This document shows positions 1 through 8,760 of a DNA stretch of 64,000 nt, piece after piece. The position numbers and the translations under genes were made by a program. The stretch is taken from positions 533 through 64,532 of the forward strand of contig JBDRJF010000024.1 of assembly GCA_043815185.1 (NCBI GenBank), read 5' to 3'. The stretch comes from Candidatus Omnitrophota bacterium. GTDB taxonomy: Bacteria; Omnitrophota; Gorgyraeia; Duberdicusellales; 4484-171. Each line of letters opens with the position of its first letter. Position 1 is the stretch's first letter. The notes under the pieces are model-generated. The model was not told where the DNA came from, did not search any database, and worked only from the letters and a program-made list of their open reading frames with translations.

Positions 1-253
1 GTTCTAAATTCACCAAATCTCCTTTTTTGAGACGTTTGAGGTTGGTATTCTTAAGGGTTGAGCTTATAACCTCAAATAAAAACAAATCTTTAACTACAGA
101 GGTTACGGTAAGACAAACTCCATTTACCGATATACTATCTGATGTTTTAGCTTCCTTAGAAACAACCGAAGACTTTATCTCTAACTTTAAACAAGAATTA
201 TTTCTTAGAATCCTTTGGACTTTTCCAATTTCTTTTACTATCCCGGTAAACAT
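1..253 (-). CDS. ribE: Riboflavin synthase alpha chain, N-terminal part (gene runs off the left edge)
   Basis: The minus-strand frame is open from ATG at 253..251 to nt 1. It is absent from the ORF track because its stop lies outside the window. The translation MFTGIVKEIGKVQRI...TSDSISVNGVCLTVTS...LKKGDLVNLE matches the canonical riboflavin synthase N-terminus (MFTGI..E.G, GDSI.VNG.CLTV, G..VNLE). An in-frame TGA lies 4 codons upstream of the ATG. Confidence 0.8.
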   Translation of the reverse strand, partial: MFTGIVKEIGKVQRILRNNSCLKLEIKSSVVSKEAKTSDSISVNGVCLTVTSVVKDLFLFEVISSTLKNTNLKRLKKGDLVNLE

Positions 254-259
254 AAAGGG

Positions 260-268
260 ATTATATCA
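260..268 (-). promoter_or_regulatory. Extended -10 element TGATATAAT placed 6 nt upstream of the ribE ATG (predicts a leaderless mRNA)
   Basis: Plus-strand attatatca at 260-268 is TGATATAAT on the minus strand. Only cccttt separates it from the ATG at 253, and there is no SD. Confidence 0.4.
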
Positions 269-373
269 CAGGAGGGATAAAAATCTACTCAAAGATTGCA
301 GCCCTAAAATACAGTGATTTTGCAGATATTGATCTGCTAAGGCCTTGTTATTTAAGGGCTTATATAAGACAAA

Positions 374-394
374 CCCCGCGCTTTTGGCGCGGGG
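374..394 (-). terminator. Rho-independent terminator downstream of the micro-ORF
   Basis: GC-only 8-bp stem ccccgcgc/gcgcgggg with a 5-nt loop. On the minus-strand RNA it is followed by UUUGUCUU. Confidence 0.6.
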
Positions 395-435
395 CTTATG
401 TTCTCAAGGTGTTTTCTTTTACCTTCGTAAAACTT

Positions 436-492
436 TTATTTCTTCTTTGCTTTTTTCGCGGTTGCTTTTTTCTTTGCTTTCTTCTTTGCCAT
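436..492 (-). CDS. Candidate 18-aa lysine/alanine-rich micro-protein (MAKKKAKKKATAKKAKKK)
   Basis: The ATG at 492..490 is preceded by AAGGAGGTG (497-505) at ideal spacing. The TAA stop is at 438..436, and the terminator hairpin lies about 40 nt downstream. It is too short for the ORF track. Confidence 0.4.
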   Translation of the reverse strand: MAKKKAKKKATAKKAKKK

Positions 493-547
493 TGAACACC
501 TCCTTAATTTTTGCTCCTAACCCAATGTCAGGATAACTCTATACATT

Positions 548-576
548 TAATTTAACAAGATTATCCAAAATGTCAA
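548..576 (-). promoter_or_regulatory. Sigma70-like promoter candidate for the micro-ORF
   Basis: Minus-strand TTGACA (576..571) followed after 16-17 nt by TAAATT/AAATTA. Confidence 0.3.
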
Positions 577-620
577 TACTTTTTCGTATTTTTTTTTAAA
601 TTTTTTTAAATTTTGAAAAT

Positions 621-1007
621 TTAAATTTTAAGCTGGAGTTTGGGGAAATTTTTTATCTTTACTTTCTTAGCTGAACTCCATAGATACTCAAGGTCGTAAA
701 ACTTTCTTGCTTCTTCAAAAAATATATGCAGAATAACATCAGAAAGATCAACGAGAATCCAACGGCAGGATTGATCATCTTGGTGAGAACGAACTTTTAT
801 TTTATTTTTTTTACATAACTTTACAGTCTCTTCATAAATTGCCTTTACCTGCCGCATTGACTCGCCGGAACAAATAATAAAATAATCACAAAACCCACTG
901 GTTTCTCTTAGGTCTAAAACAACTATATCCTTAGCCTTTCTATCCAAGATAAATTCAATTATCTTTAAGATTTTTGCCTTACTGGTTATAGGTTTTTTAG
1001 CTGCCAT
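621..1007 (-). CDS. rsfS: Ribosomal silencing factor RsfS (iojap family)
   Basis: 128 aa. The pattern DIVVLDLRE..SGFCDYFIICSG.S.RQVKAI....W.L.D..DVI.HIF....R.FY.LE.LW is typical of RsfS. Confidence 0.85.
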   Translation of the reverse strand: MAAKKPITSKAKILKIIEFILDRKAKDIVVLDLRETSGFCDYFIICSGESMRQVKAIYEETVKLCKKNKIKVRSHQDDQSCRWILVDLSDVILHIFFEEARKFYDLEYLWSSAKKVKIKNFPKLQLKI

Positions 1008-2268
1008 GGTTTTTTAATATTTTGCGTATTCTTTTTTCGGCTCTATCGCCAATATTACCGACGTATGAAATAGACATATTTTCAAACCGAAATATACTTT
1101 GAGCAAAATCTCTTATTCTCTGCACATCAACAGCCATAACTTCCTTTTTAATCTCGCTAAGGCTATAAATTTTACCTAAAGTAAGGAGGCTCTGGCCAAG
1201 ATAAAACATCCGGCCCTGAGGCTGTTCTAAGCTCATTGTGACCTGGCCAAGAAAGTAATCCTTTGCCCGGGATAGCTCTGTAGCCGATACTTTCTTTTTC
1301 TTTATCTTTTCTAACTCCCTGAGTACAGAAGTAAGGGCTATCGCTAGTTTGCTCTTATCTAATCCCAGATGCACCGAGAAGGCGCCACTGTCTCGATATT
1401 TCCTTACTTCGGTAGAAATATCATAACATAAAAATCTCTTTTCCCTTAATTCTTCAAATAACCGGCTACTCATATTGGCGCCTAAAATTATATTTATTAA
1501 TTGTGCTGTTAAACGTTTCTGGCTCAAATAAGAAACACTTCTAAAACCTAAACAAAGATGTGCCTGCTCAAGACTCTTTTGTTCACAGACAACTCGCAAA
1601 CCCCGGCAGGCAGAAGGAGGGAAATAGTTAAGATTGACTCTGTGCTTGGCCTTGCTTATCTTCTTTGACAACAAATTAACTATTTTCTGCTTAGAGTATG
1701 CACCGTTAAAACAAATAATCATATTGGAAGGCGCGTAGTATTTTCTTCGGAAATTATCTAAATCCGAGCGGCTTATTTTTTTAACTGTTGCTGTCTGTCC
1801 AATAATCTCCTCACCTAAAGGATGATTTCTCCAAAGAAGCCCGTCCAAAAGTGCAGCGGCCCGGGAAGAAGGAAGATCATTATACATCTTTATTTCTTCT
1901 AAAATCACATTCCTTTCCTTGTCTATTTCTCGACTCTTGAGCAGGGGGTTGACTACCATATCCAGAAGAATATCTAAGGTGAGTGAAAGATTTCTATTTA
2001 AAAAATGTGCATAGTAAACACTCATCTCCTGCGTTGTAAAAGCATTTAGTGAACCACCCCTTCCTTCAATCTCTCTTTTTATTTGTCGATGGGAATAATT
2101 TTGACTACCTTTAAAAAGCATATGCTCTAGAAAGTGGGCAACGCCTTTTAAGCTTGTGTTCTCAATCCGGGCTCCAGCCCGCAAAAATATACCTAAAGAA
2201 GCAGTTTCCAGGTTTTGGAAGGGAGAAAATATAAAATCTACACCGTTTATGCTTATTAATTCATGCAT
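997..2268 (-). CDS. M16 family zinc peptidase (pitrilysin-like)
   Basis: 423 aa with the inverted zinc motif HFLEHMLFKG (HxxEH) near the N-terminus. It has the two-domain M16 length. Confidence 0.85.
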   Translation of the reverse strand: MHELISINGVDFIFSPFQNLETASLGIFLRAGARIENTSLKGVAHFLEHMLFKGSQNYSHRQIKREIEGRGGSLNAFTTQEMSVYYAHFLNRNLSLTLDILLDMVVNPLLKSREIDKERNVILEEIKMYNDLPSSRAAALLDGLLWRNHPLGEEIIGQTATVKKISRSDLDNFRRKYYAPSNMIICFNGAYSKQKIVNLLSKKISKAKHRVNLNYFPPSACRGLRVVCEQKSLEQAHLCLGFRSVSYLSQKRLTAQLINIILGANMSSRLFEELREKRFLCYDISTEVRKYRDSGAFSVHLGLDKSKLAIALTSVLRELEKIKKKKVSATELSRAKDYFLGQVTMSLEQPQGRMFYLGQSLLTLGKIYSLSEIKKEVMAVDVQRIRDFAQSIFRFENMSISYVGNIGDRAEKRIRKILKNHGS

Positions 2269-2307
2269 AGCTTATCAGGTAGGAATTAAAAAGGTGAGTA
2301 ATCGCTA

Positions 2308-3096
2308 TCATTTACCCTTTAATGACCTTATGTAGTTCTTAAGCCGCTTTAAAAAGTCTTTTTGGTGATGATTATTTTCGATAAACTTTACCACACTACT
2401 GCCGACAATTACTCCATCACTAAAGGTATTAATCTTGGTAACCTGACTCCGGTTATGAATGCCAAAACCTACACACACCGGAACTTTAGTTACTTTTTTT
2501 ATCCTCCTAAGATGCCTCGCTAACGCAGCATACTTTAATTCCCTGGGACCGGTTATGCCGGTGACCGAGATATAGTAGATAAACCCTTTAGATTGTTTGG
2601 CTATTTTCTTAATTCGCTTTAGCTTTGTAACAGGAGTAACAAAGAAAATAGTCTCAATATTAAACCTTCTGGCTTCCTTGATGTAACTAGCTCCCTCTTC
2701 CAAGGGTAAATCAACAACCATTAAAGCACTAATTTCCATCTGCTTCATGCTGCTTAAAAACTTTACCAACCCAAACTTAAAAATAGGGTTATAATAAGAC
2801 ATAATTACTACCGGTATCTTTAAAGAATCTTTTAACTGTGAAAACTGTTTAAAGAAATTATCCGGGTTTGCTCCTTTCTTAAGGGCAATTGAAGTTGCTT
2901 TCTGGATAATCGGTCCATCAGCCAAGGGGTCTGAAAAAGGAATACCTAATTCGATTGCATCTACCCCGGCCTCTTCTAAACTTAAACAAATATCCTTAGT
3001 AGACTTAATACTGGGAAACCCAAAAGGAACATAAACTATAAAAGCTTTTTTTTTCTTCTTCCTTAACTCTTTGAATTTATCTTTTAACCTCATCAT
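2308..3096 (-). CDS. trpA: Tryptophan synthase alpha chain
   Basis: 262 aa with IELGIPFSDPLADGPIIQ and YISVTGITG motifs, adjacent to trpB. Confidence 0.93.
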   Translation of the reverse strand: MMRLKDKFKELRKKKKKAFIVYVPFGFPSIKSTKDICLSLEEAGVDAIELGIPFSDPLADGPIIQKATSIALKKGANPDNFFKQFSQLKDSLKIPVVIMSYYNPIFKFGLVKFLSSMKQMEISALMVVDLPLEEGASYIKEARRFNIETIFFVTPVTKLKRIKKIAKQSKGFIYYISVTGITGPRELKYAALARHLRRIKKVTKVPVCVGFGIHNRSQVTKINTFSDGVIVGSSVVKFIENNHHQKDFLKRLKNYIRSLKGK

Positions 3097-3110
3097 TTTC
3101 TTATCTATTT

Positions 3111-3209
3111 TATTAAATTCGAAATTCTAAATCCGAAATTCGAAACAAATTCTAATTTTCTAAATTCGAAAACTATTTCGGATTTCGATATTCGGATTTC
3201 GGATTTTTT
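3111..3209. repeat. Low-complexity TTCGAAAT/TCCGAAAT-type repeat tract spanning the trpB 3' end and the trpB-trpA spacer
   Basis: aaattcgaaattc, aaatccgaaattcgaaac and aaattcgaaaac lie in the spacer. tttcggatttcgatattcggatttcggatttttt encodes the trpB tail [11 protein letters not shown]. The two halves are mutually complementary (aaatccgaaat / atttcggattt). Confidence 0.7.
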
Positions 3210-4378
3210 GCCAAATAATCACCAACTATTTCTAAATCCTTATCTCCTCTTCCGGAAAGACAAACTAAAACTATCTTACCCTTAGCCTTTTTAGCTAACT
3301 TCTTTAAATAATAGATGGCATGCGAGGTCTCAAGAGCAGGAATTATTCCCTCAAGCTCAGATAGCAGCTTAAAACCTTCTATTGCCTGCTTATCTTCTAC
3401 AGCTTTATATTCAGCCCTCTTGGTTACTTTATAGAAAGAGTGTTCTGGGCCTACACCGGGGTAATCCAGGCCGGCAGCTATTGAATGGGCATTCTTGATT
3501 TGGCCGAATTTATCCTGGAGAACATAGGACTTTGAACCTTGGAATACTCCTGGTTTACCTTTAAGCAACGAAGCAGCATTATAAGTATCTAACCCGAACC
3601 CGGCAGCCTCTACGCCAATAAATTTAACTTTTCTCTCCCGATAGAAGGAGTAAAAAAGTCCTAAAGAGTTACTCCCTCCACCGACACAAGCCACTAAATA
3701 ATGGGGAAGCTTTCCTTCTTTAGCTAAAATCTGAACCTTTGCTTCTTGGCCGATAACCGCTTGAAAATCCCGAACAATCATTGGATAAGGGTGGGGGCCG
3801 ACAACTGAACCGAGAAGATAATAGGTATCCCCTACATTGGTTACCCAATCTCTAAAAGCCTCGTTGCAGGCATCTTTTAAGGTCTGGGAGCCGCTGGTAA
3901 CCGGAATCACCTTTGCTCCTAATACCTTCATTTTAAATACATTCATATTCTGTCTTCTTACATCCTCTTGGCCCATGTAAATATCGCACTTAAGGCCTAA
4001 GAGGCTGGCAATGGTAGCTACAGCTACTCCATGTTGACCAGCGCCGGTTTCAGCAATTATTCTCTTCTTACCCATAAATTCGGCTAAAAATCCCTGGCCC
4101 AAAGAATTGTTGATCTTATGAGCACCGGTATGAAGAAGATCTTCTCGTTTAAAATAAACTCTCATCCCTAAAAATTTACTTAAATTAACTGCAAAATAAA
4201 GTGGTGTGGGCCGGCCGGCATACTCTTTAAGATAAAAGTCTAATCTCTTTTTAAACTTTTTATTCTTCCTGGCCTTAAGGTAAGCCTTCTCCAATTCCTC
4301 AAGACATGAGAAAATAGTCTCAGGAATAAACTTTCCGCCGAATTCTCCAAAATATCCTTTTTTATTAGGTAACTTCAT
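3173..4378 (-). CDS. trpB: Tryptophan synthase beta chain
   Basis: 401 aa with a PLP-lysine context HTGAHKINN and GGGSN motif. It has the full-length TrpB pattern. Confidence 0.95.
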   Translation of the reverse strand: MKLPNKKGYFGEFGGKFIPETIFSCLEELEKAYLKARKNKKFKKRLDFYLKEYAGRPTPLYFAVNLSKFLGMRVYFKREDLLHTGAHKINNSLGQGFLAEFMGKKRIIAETGAGQHGVAVATIASLLGLKCDIYMGQEDVRRQNMNVFKMKVLGAKVIPVTSGSQTLKDACNEAFRDWVTNVGDTYYLLGSVVGPHPYPMIVRDFQAVIGQEAKVQILAKEGKLPHYLVACVGGGSNSLGLFYSFYRERKVKFIGVEAAGFGLDTYNAASLLKGKPGVFQGSKSYVLQDKFGQIKNAHSIAAGLDYPGVGPEHSFYKVTKRAEYKAVEDKQAIEGFKLLSELEGIIPALETSHAIYYLKKLAKKAKGKIVLVCLSGRGDKDLEIVGDYLAKNPKSEYRNPK

Positions 4379-4994
4379 ATTTTACCTTCTTTATAAATGC
4401 TTTTATTAACTGTTCATCTTTCTTACCCACCATTCTCTCTACCCCGCTAGCTACGTCTAATGCATATGGTTTAAGTCTTTTCAGCTTGGAGATATTCTTA
4501 GGATTAAGCCCGCCGGAAATGATTACCCGTCTTCCTTTTTTTATAAGACATCCCACTTCTTTTAAGGAATTAGCTGACAGAGTCCCATTGCCTTTAATTT
4601 TTTGGTCATACTTTATGTCAAACATAAAAGCATCGACTTTATACCGCAAAATCTTCCCTTCGTAAGGACTATCTTCGGGAAAAAATACCTTTATAACCTT
4701 AAATCTTGGTTTAAAGTAGTGACAATACCCGGGATTTTCCTTCCCGTGAAATTGCAAAACATCGAGATCAAGAGAAGAAGCTATATCCAAAACCTCTCGC
4801 TTCTCCTGATCCAGGAAAACCCCCACTTTAATCAAAAAAGGATCTAATTGCCGGATTATTTCAGAGGCTCTTTTTCCGCTGATGTAGCGTGGGCTTTTTT
4901 TTGAAAAAATAAACCCGATTGCATCAGCTCCGGCAAAAGAAGCAAAGAAGGCATCTTCTAAATTAGTAATCCCGCAAATCTTTACCTTTACCAT
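4365..4994 (-). CDS. trpF: Phosphoribosylanthranilate isomerase
   Basis: 209 aa. It starts [10 protein letters not shown], has the GADAIGFIF motif, and sits in the trp operon. Confidence 0.9.
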   Translation of the reverse strand: MVKVKICGITNLEDAFFASFAGADAIGFIFSKKSPRYISGKRASEIIRQLDPFLIKVGVFLDQEKREVLDIASSLDLDVLQFHGKENPGYCHYFKPRFKVIKVFFPEDSPYEGKILRYKVDAFMFDIKYDQKIKGNGTLSANSLKEVGCLIKKGRRVIISGGLNPKNISKLKRLKPYALDVASGVERMVGKKDEQLIKAFIKKVKYEVT

Positions 4995-5011
4995 TCCTTA
5001 ACAGCGCTTAA

Positions 5012-5797
5012 TTATTTTTCAGCGTCAATATTTAGCTCTTTTAATTTCGCCTCAATATTACTTGCCCGCATCAAAGTTTCTCCGACAAGCACAGCATCGG
5101 CGCCCAAGCCTTTCAACAACAAAACATCTTTTAAACTTTCTATACCACTCTCACTAACTTTTACAACATTTTCGGGTATAAACGGCAAAAGCTTCTTTAT
5201 GCGTTCCAGATTAACTTGAAATGTTTGTAGATTGCGGCTATTTACGCCGATAATATCTACGCCCATCTTAAGAACTTTTTTTAATTCTTTCTCAGTATGC
5301 ACCTCAACTAACACATCCATACCCAGGTCTTTAGCAAAATCAGAAAGGTTTTTAAGCTCTTCTTCGCCTAAAACGCCCATAATAAGTAAGACAGCATCAG
5401 CGCCTACTGCTCTTGACTCTAAAATCTGGACTTGCTCTAATATAAAATCTTTACGCAGAATCGGCAAATTCACTTGTTTCTTAATGTCTTCAATATAATT
5501 GATCTTTCCTAAGAAGAAATCTTCTTCAGTAACTACCGATATCGCGCTTACTTTCAATTTCTTAAAAGTTAAGGCAAGCTCAAGGTGTGAAAAATTCTTA
5601 CGCACTGTTCCTGCTGAAGGAGAGGCTTGTTTTATTTCGGCAATGAGAGAAATCTTGCCCTCCCGTTTTATCGCATTTTTAAAAGATATTGGAGCCGGAG
5701 CTTTTTTTATTAGCGAAATAAAAGCCTGGCGATTTTTCCTTAAAACCTTAATTCTTTCTTTTTTTACCTCAAGAATACGTGAAAGTACCTTATGCAT
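5012..5797 (-). CDS. trpC: Indole-3-glycerol phosphate synthase
   Basis: 261 aa with IAEIKQASPS, ILRKDF and IGVNSRNL motifs. Confidence 0.92.
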   Translation of the reverse strand: MHKVLSRILEVKKERIKVLRKNRQAFISLIKKAPAPISFKNAIKREGKISLIAEIKQASPSAGTVRKNFSHLELALTFKKLKVSAISVVTEEDFFLGKINYIEDIKKQVNLPILRKDFILEQVQILESRAVGADAVLLIMGVLGEEELKNLSDFAKDLGMDVLVEVHTEKELKKVLKMGVDIIGVNSRNLQTFQVNLERIKKLLPFIPENVVKVSESGIESLKDVLLLKGLGADAVLVGETLMRASNIEAKLKELNIDAEK

Positions 5798-6833
5798 TTG
5801 CTTTTAAAAACTTTTTAAATTCCAAAAACTTAACCTTAGCTTTACCGCTGTCTATTAACTCTGCCCCCTTTCTGACTCCCTGTTTGAAGTTAGTCACCTT
5901 TCCTAAAATATAAAAACAGGCGCTCACATTAGCTAAGACAATATCCCGGGGAGCTCCGGATTTTCCATCTAATACAGCTTGTATAGTTTTAGCGCTCATT
6001 TTTACATCTTTAACTAGTAAATCCCCTAGTTTAATCCTTTTTAAACCAAAACTCGCAGGACTTAAAGTTAAATTACTTATTTTCTTATTATTCAAAAACG
6101 CTACTCGGGTTGGCCCGGTGAGTGAAATTTCATCCAAAACATCTTTGCCGCAAACGACAAAAGCCTTTTTTACTCCCAATCGCTTTAAAACTCGAGCTAA
6201 CAATGTAGTCAGATTCGGGGAGTAAACCCCTAAAAGCTGGTAGTTAGCAAGAGCTGGATTGCAAAGTGGGCCCAAGATGTTAAAGATTGTCCTTACTCCC
6301 ATCTCTTTTCTTATCTTAGCTACTTTGCCTAAAGCTGGATGGTATAAAGGCGCATAAAGAAACCCGATACCTACTTTCTTTATTGCTTCTTCCATAACTG
6401 AGGCTGGAACCTCAATATTTACCCCCAAAGCCTCGAGAACATCAGCACTTCCGCAATTTGATGACATCGCCCGATTCCCATGTTTAGCTACCTTTAGGCC
6501 AGCGGCACTGATAATAAAAGCAGTAGCAGTAGAAACATTAAATTTATTTAACCCTGAACCGCCGGTACCGCAGGTATCGATAATTGGCTCACTCATATCT
6601 TTTATCCCTAAAAACCCTCCTCTTACATTTAACTTCTTTGCTTGAGCCCTAACTACAATAGCGGCAGCTGAAATTTCATCCTCGCTTTCACCTTTCATTT
6701 TTAAAGCAGTTAGAAAAGCTGCGATTTGTGAAGGGGTAGCCTGGGAGTCAAAAATCTCTTCAAAAGCCGCTTTCATCTGGTTAAAAGAAATATTCTCACC
6801 CCTAGTCAATTTAATGATAGCTTCTCTAATCAT
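5790..6833 (-). CDS. trpD: Anthranilate phosphoribosyltransferase
   Basis: 347 aa with DTCGTGGSG and KHGNRA motifs. Confidence 0.95.
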   Translation of the reverse strand: MIREAIIKLTRGENISFNQMKAAFEEIFDSQATPSQIAAFLTALKMKGESEDEISAAAIVVRAQAKKLNVRGGFLGIKDMSEPIIDTCGTGGSGLNKFNVSTATAFIISAAGLKVAKHGNRAMSSNCGSADVLEALGVNIEVPASVMEEAIKKVGIGFLYAPLYHPALGKVAKIRKEMGVRTIFNILGPLCNPALANYQLLGVYSPNLTTLLARVLKRLGVKKAFVVCGKDVLDEISLTGPTRVAFLNNKKISNLTLSPASFGLKRIKLGDLLVKDVKMSAKTIQAVLDGKSGAPRDIVLANVSACFYILGKVTNFKQGVRKGAELIDSGKAKVKFLEFKKFLKANA

Positions 6834-7396
6834 ATTTTTAGAAAGTTTTTTAGAATTTTTTTGCCCTCAAGGGTTAAAATAGACTCGGGGTGAAATTGTA
6901 CCCCATATAGGGGGAAATTTTTCTCTTTTACCCCCATTATTATACCATCTTGGGTATCGGCGGTAATAACTAAATTTTTAGGCAAACTCTTTCTTTCGAT
7001 AACTAAAGAATGATATCTTGTCGCTGAAAAAGGGTTTTTAACTCCCTTAAATATGCCGCGACGGTTATGACGAATAAGAGAAACTTTACCATGCATAATT
7101 TCATTTGCCTTGACAATCCGGCCTCCAAACAAAGAACCGATACATTGATGGCCGAGACAGACTCCTAATATCGGTATTTTCTTATAAACCTTATTGATTA
7201 AAGAACAGCTTATTCCCGCATTCTTTGGCCTTCCCGGACCGGGAGAAATAACAACTTTGTTAAACCTTAATTCTTGTATCTTTTCCAAACTAATCTTATC
7301 ATTACGAAAAACAAAGGTGTAGGCTCCTAACTCCTGCAGGTATTGAACCAGATTATAGGTAAAAGAATCATAATTATCTATAACTAATACTCGCAT
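6830..7396 (-). CDS. trpG: Anthranilate synthase component II / aminodeoxychorismate synthase glutamine amidotransferase
   Basis: 188 aa class-I GATase with GVCLGHQ (catalytic Cys) and FHPES (His). It is the first gene of the trp block. Confidence 0.9.
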   Translation of the reverse strand: MRVLVIDNYDSFTYNLVQYLQELGAYTFVFRNDKISLEKIQELRFNKVVISPGPGRPKNAGISCSLINKVYKKIPILGVCLGHQCIGSLFGGRIVKANEIMHGKVSLIRHNRRGIFKGVKNPFSATRYHSLVIERKSLPKNLVITADTQDGIIMGVKEKNFPLYGVQFHPESILTLEGKKILKNFLKI

Positions 7397-7497
7397 AACT
7401 TATTATAAGTTAGTTGATGAGCATATGGGTGAATGAGCAAATGAGGAAGAATATTTATCCCCATTCACTCATTTACACATTTCCTCATATACTCTGA

Positions 7498-8760
7498 TTA
7501 TTGTTTTTCCCTTCTTATCTTTGCCCCTATCTTTCTAAACTTATTCTCTATTTTTTCATACCCGCGATCAATATGGTAGACTCTTAAAATCTGGCTCTTA
7601 CCCCGAGCAGCCAAACCAGCAATCACTAAGGCTGCTGACGCTCTTAAATCCGAAGCCATAATCTCTGCACCATATAACCTTTTTTTTCCTTCAATTATAG
7701 CATAGGGGCCATTTCTTTGAATAGAGGCACCCATACGATTTAATTCAGCTACATGCATAAACCGGTCGGGGTAAATCTTCTCGGTAATCAAAGAGATACC
7801 GGAAGCCAGACAAAGACAAGCCATGAATTGAGCTTGCAAATCACTAGGAAAACCAGGATAAGGCAAGGTTGTTATATTAACTGGTTTTAAGCTCTTTGCT
7901 GGTTTTATGGAAATAGATGAATCATTGCCGATCTTAATCTGAGCCCCTATCTTTTTCGCAGTCTCGATTACTGACGTAAGCTGTCGGGGATTAGCCCCCT
8001 TGATTAAAAGAGGCGACTTAGTCGCTAAACTGGCAGCGATAAATGTCCCAGCTTCAATTCTGTCCGGTATAACCTTAAATTCACAACCAGAAAGTGTTTT
8101 TACACCTTTTATTCGCAATAAAGGAGTGCCCTCCCCGGCTATTTTTGCTCCCATCTGCTTCAAAAATTTAGCTAAGCACTCCACTTCCGGCTCACAAGCC
8201 GCATATTCAATGACACTCTCACCTTCTGCTAAAACAGCTGCCATTAGAACATTGGCAGTGGCAAGGACTGAAGAACCAAAAGTCCCGCCTAAATAAATAT
8301 GTGCCCCTCTTAATTTTTTTGCTTTGGCCCAACAATACCCCTTTTCAATAGCAATATTGGCTCCTAAATCGCTTAAACCTTTAATGTGTAAATCTACTGG
8401 CCGGGGGCCAATAATACAGCCGCCCGGTAAGGCAACTTTAGCTTTTTTTCGTTTTGCCAGAAGTGGGCCAAGACAACAAAAAGATGCCCGCATTGTCCTT
8501 ACTAACTTATAAGGAGCAACAAAACTTTTATTCTTTCTGCTGCTTACAATAAGAGTCCTATTGTTAAACTTAATTTTTTTACCCAAACACTCTAGAATCC
8601 CGATCATTGTCTTGATGTCTTTTAAACAGGGAACATTACTAATCCGGCACTCCTCATCGGTAAGCAGGGTTGCAGCCATAATCGGGAGAGCGGCATTCTT
8701 TGAACCGCTTATAGTTACTGTACCTGATAATTGAGATTGAGAAACAATAAAATTATCCAT
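7498..8760 (-). CDS. murA: UDP-N-acetylglucosamine 1-carboxyvinyltransferase
   Basis: 420 aa with the GSKNAALPI N-terminal motif and an EPSP-synthase-like fold pattern throughout. Confidence 0.95.
   Translation of the reverse strand: MDNFIVSQSQLSGTVTISGSKNAALPIMAATLLTDEECRISNVPCLKDIKTMIGILECLGKKIKFNNRTLIVSSRKNKSFVAPYKLVRTMRASFCCLGPLLAKRKKAKVALPGGCIIGPRPVDLHIKGLSDLGANIAIEKGYCWAKAKKLRGAHIYLGGTFGSSVLATANVLMAAVLAEGESVIEYAACEPEVECLAKFLKQMGAKIAGEGTPLLRIKGVKTLSGCEFKVIPDRIEAGTFIAASLATKSPLLIKGANPRQLTSVIETAKKIGAQIKIGNDSSISIKPAKSLKPVNITTLPYPGFPSDLQAQFMACLCLASGISLITEKIYPDRFMHVAELNRMGASIQRNGPYAIIEGKKRLYGAEIMASDLRASAALVIAGLAARGKSQILRVYHIDRGYEKIENKFRKIGAKIRREKQ

Noticed and set aside
27-536. Plus-strand ORFs 27..317 (96 aa) and 345..536 (63 aa) from the ORF track
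   Set aside because: They lie antisense to a clearly recognisable riboflavin synthase N-terminus (1..253, minus) and to the micro-ORF and terminator region. They have no SD, use TTG or weak starts, and show low-complexity composition.
7397-7497. T-box riboswitch upstream of the trp operon
   Set aside because: The spacer is only about 100 nt, too short for Stem I plus the antiterminator. It also lacks the conserved T-box sequence (…GGUGGNACCGCG…).
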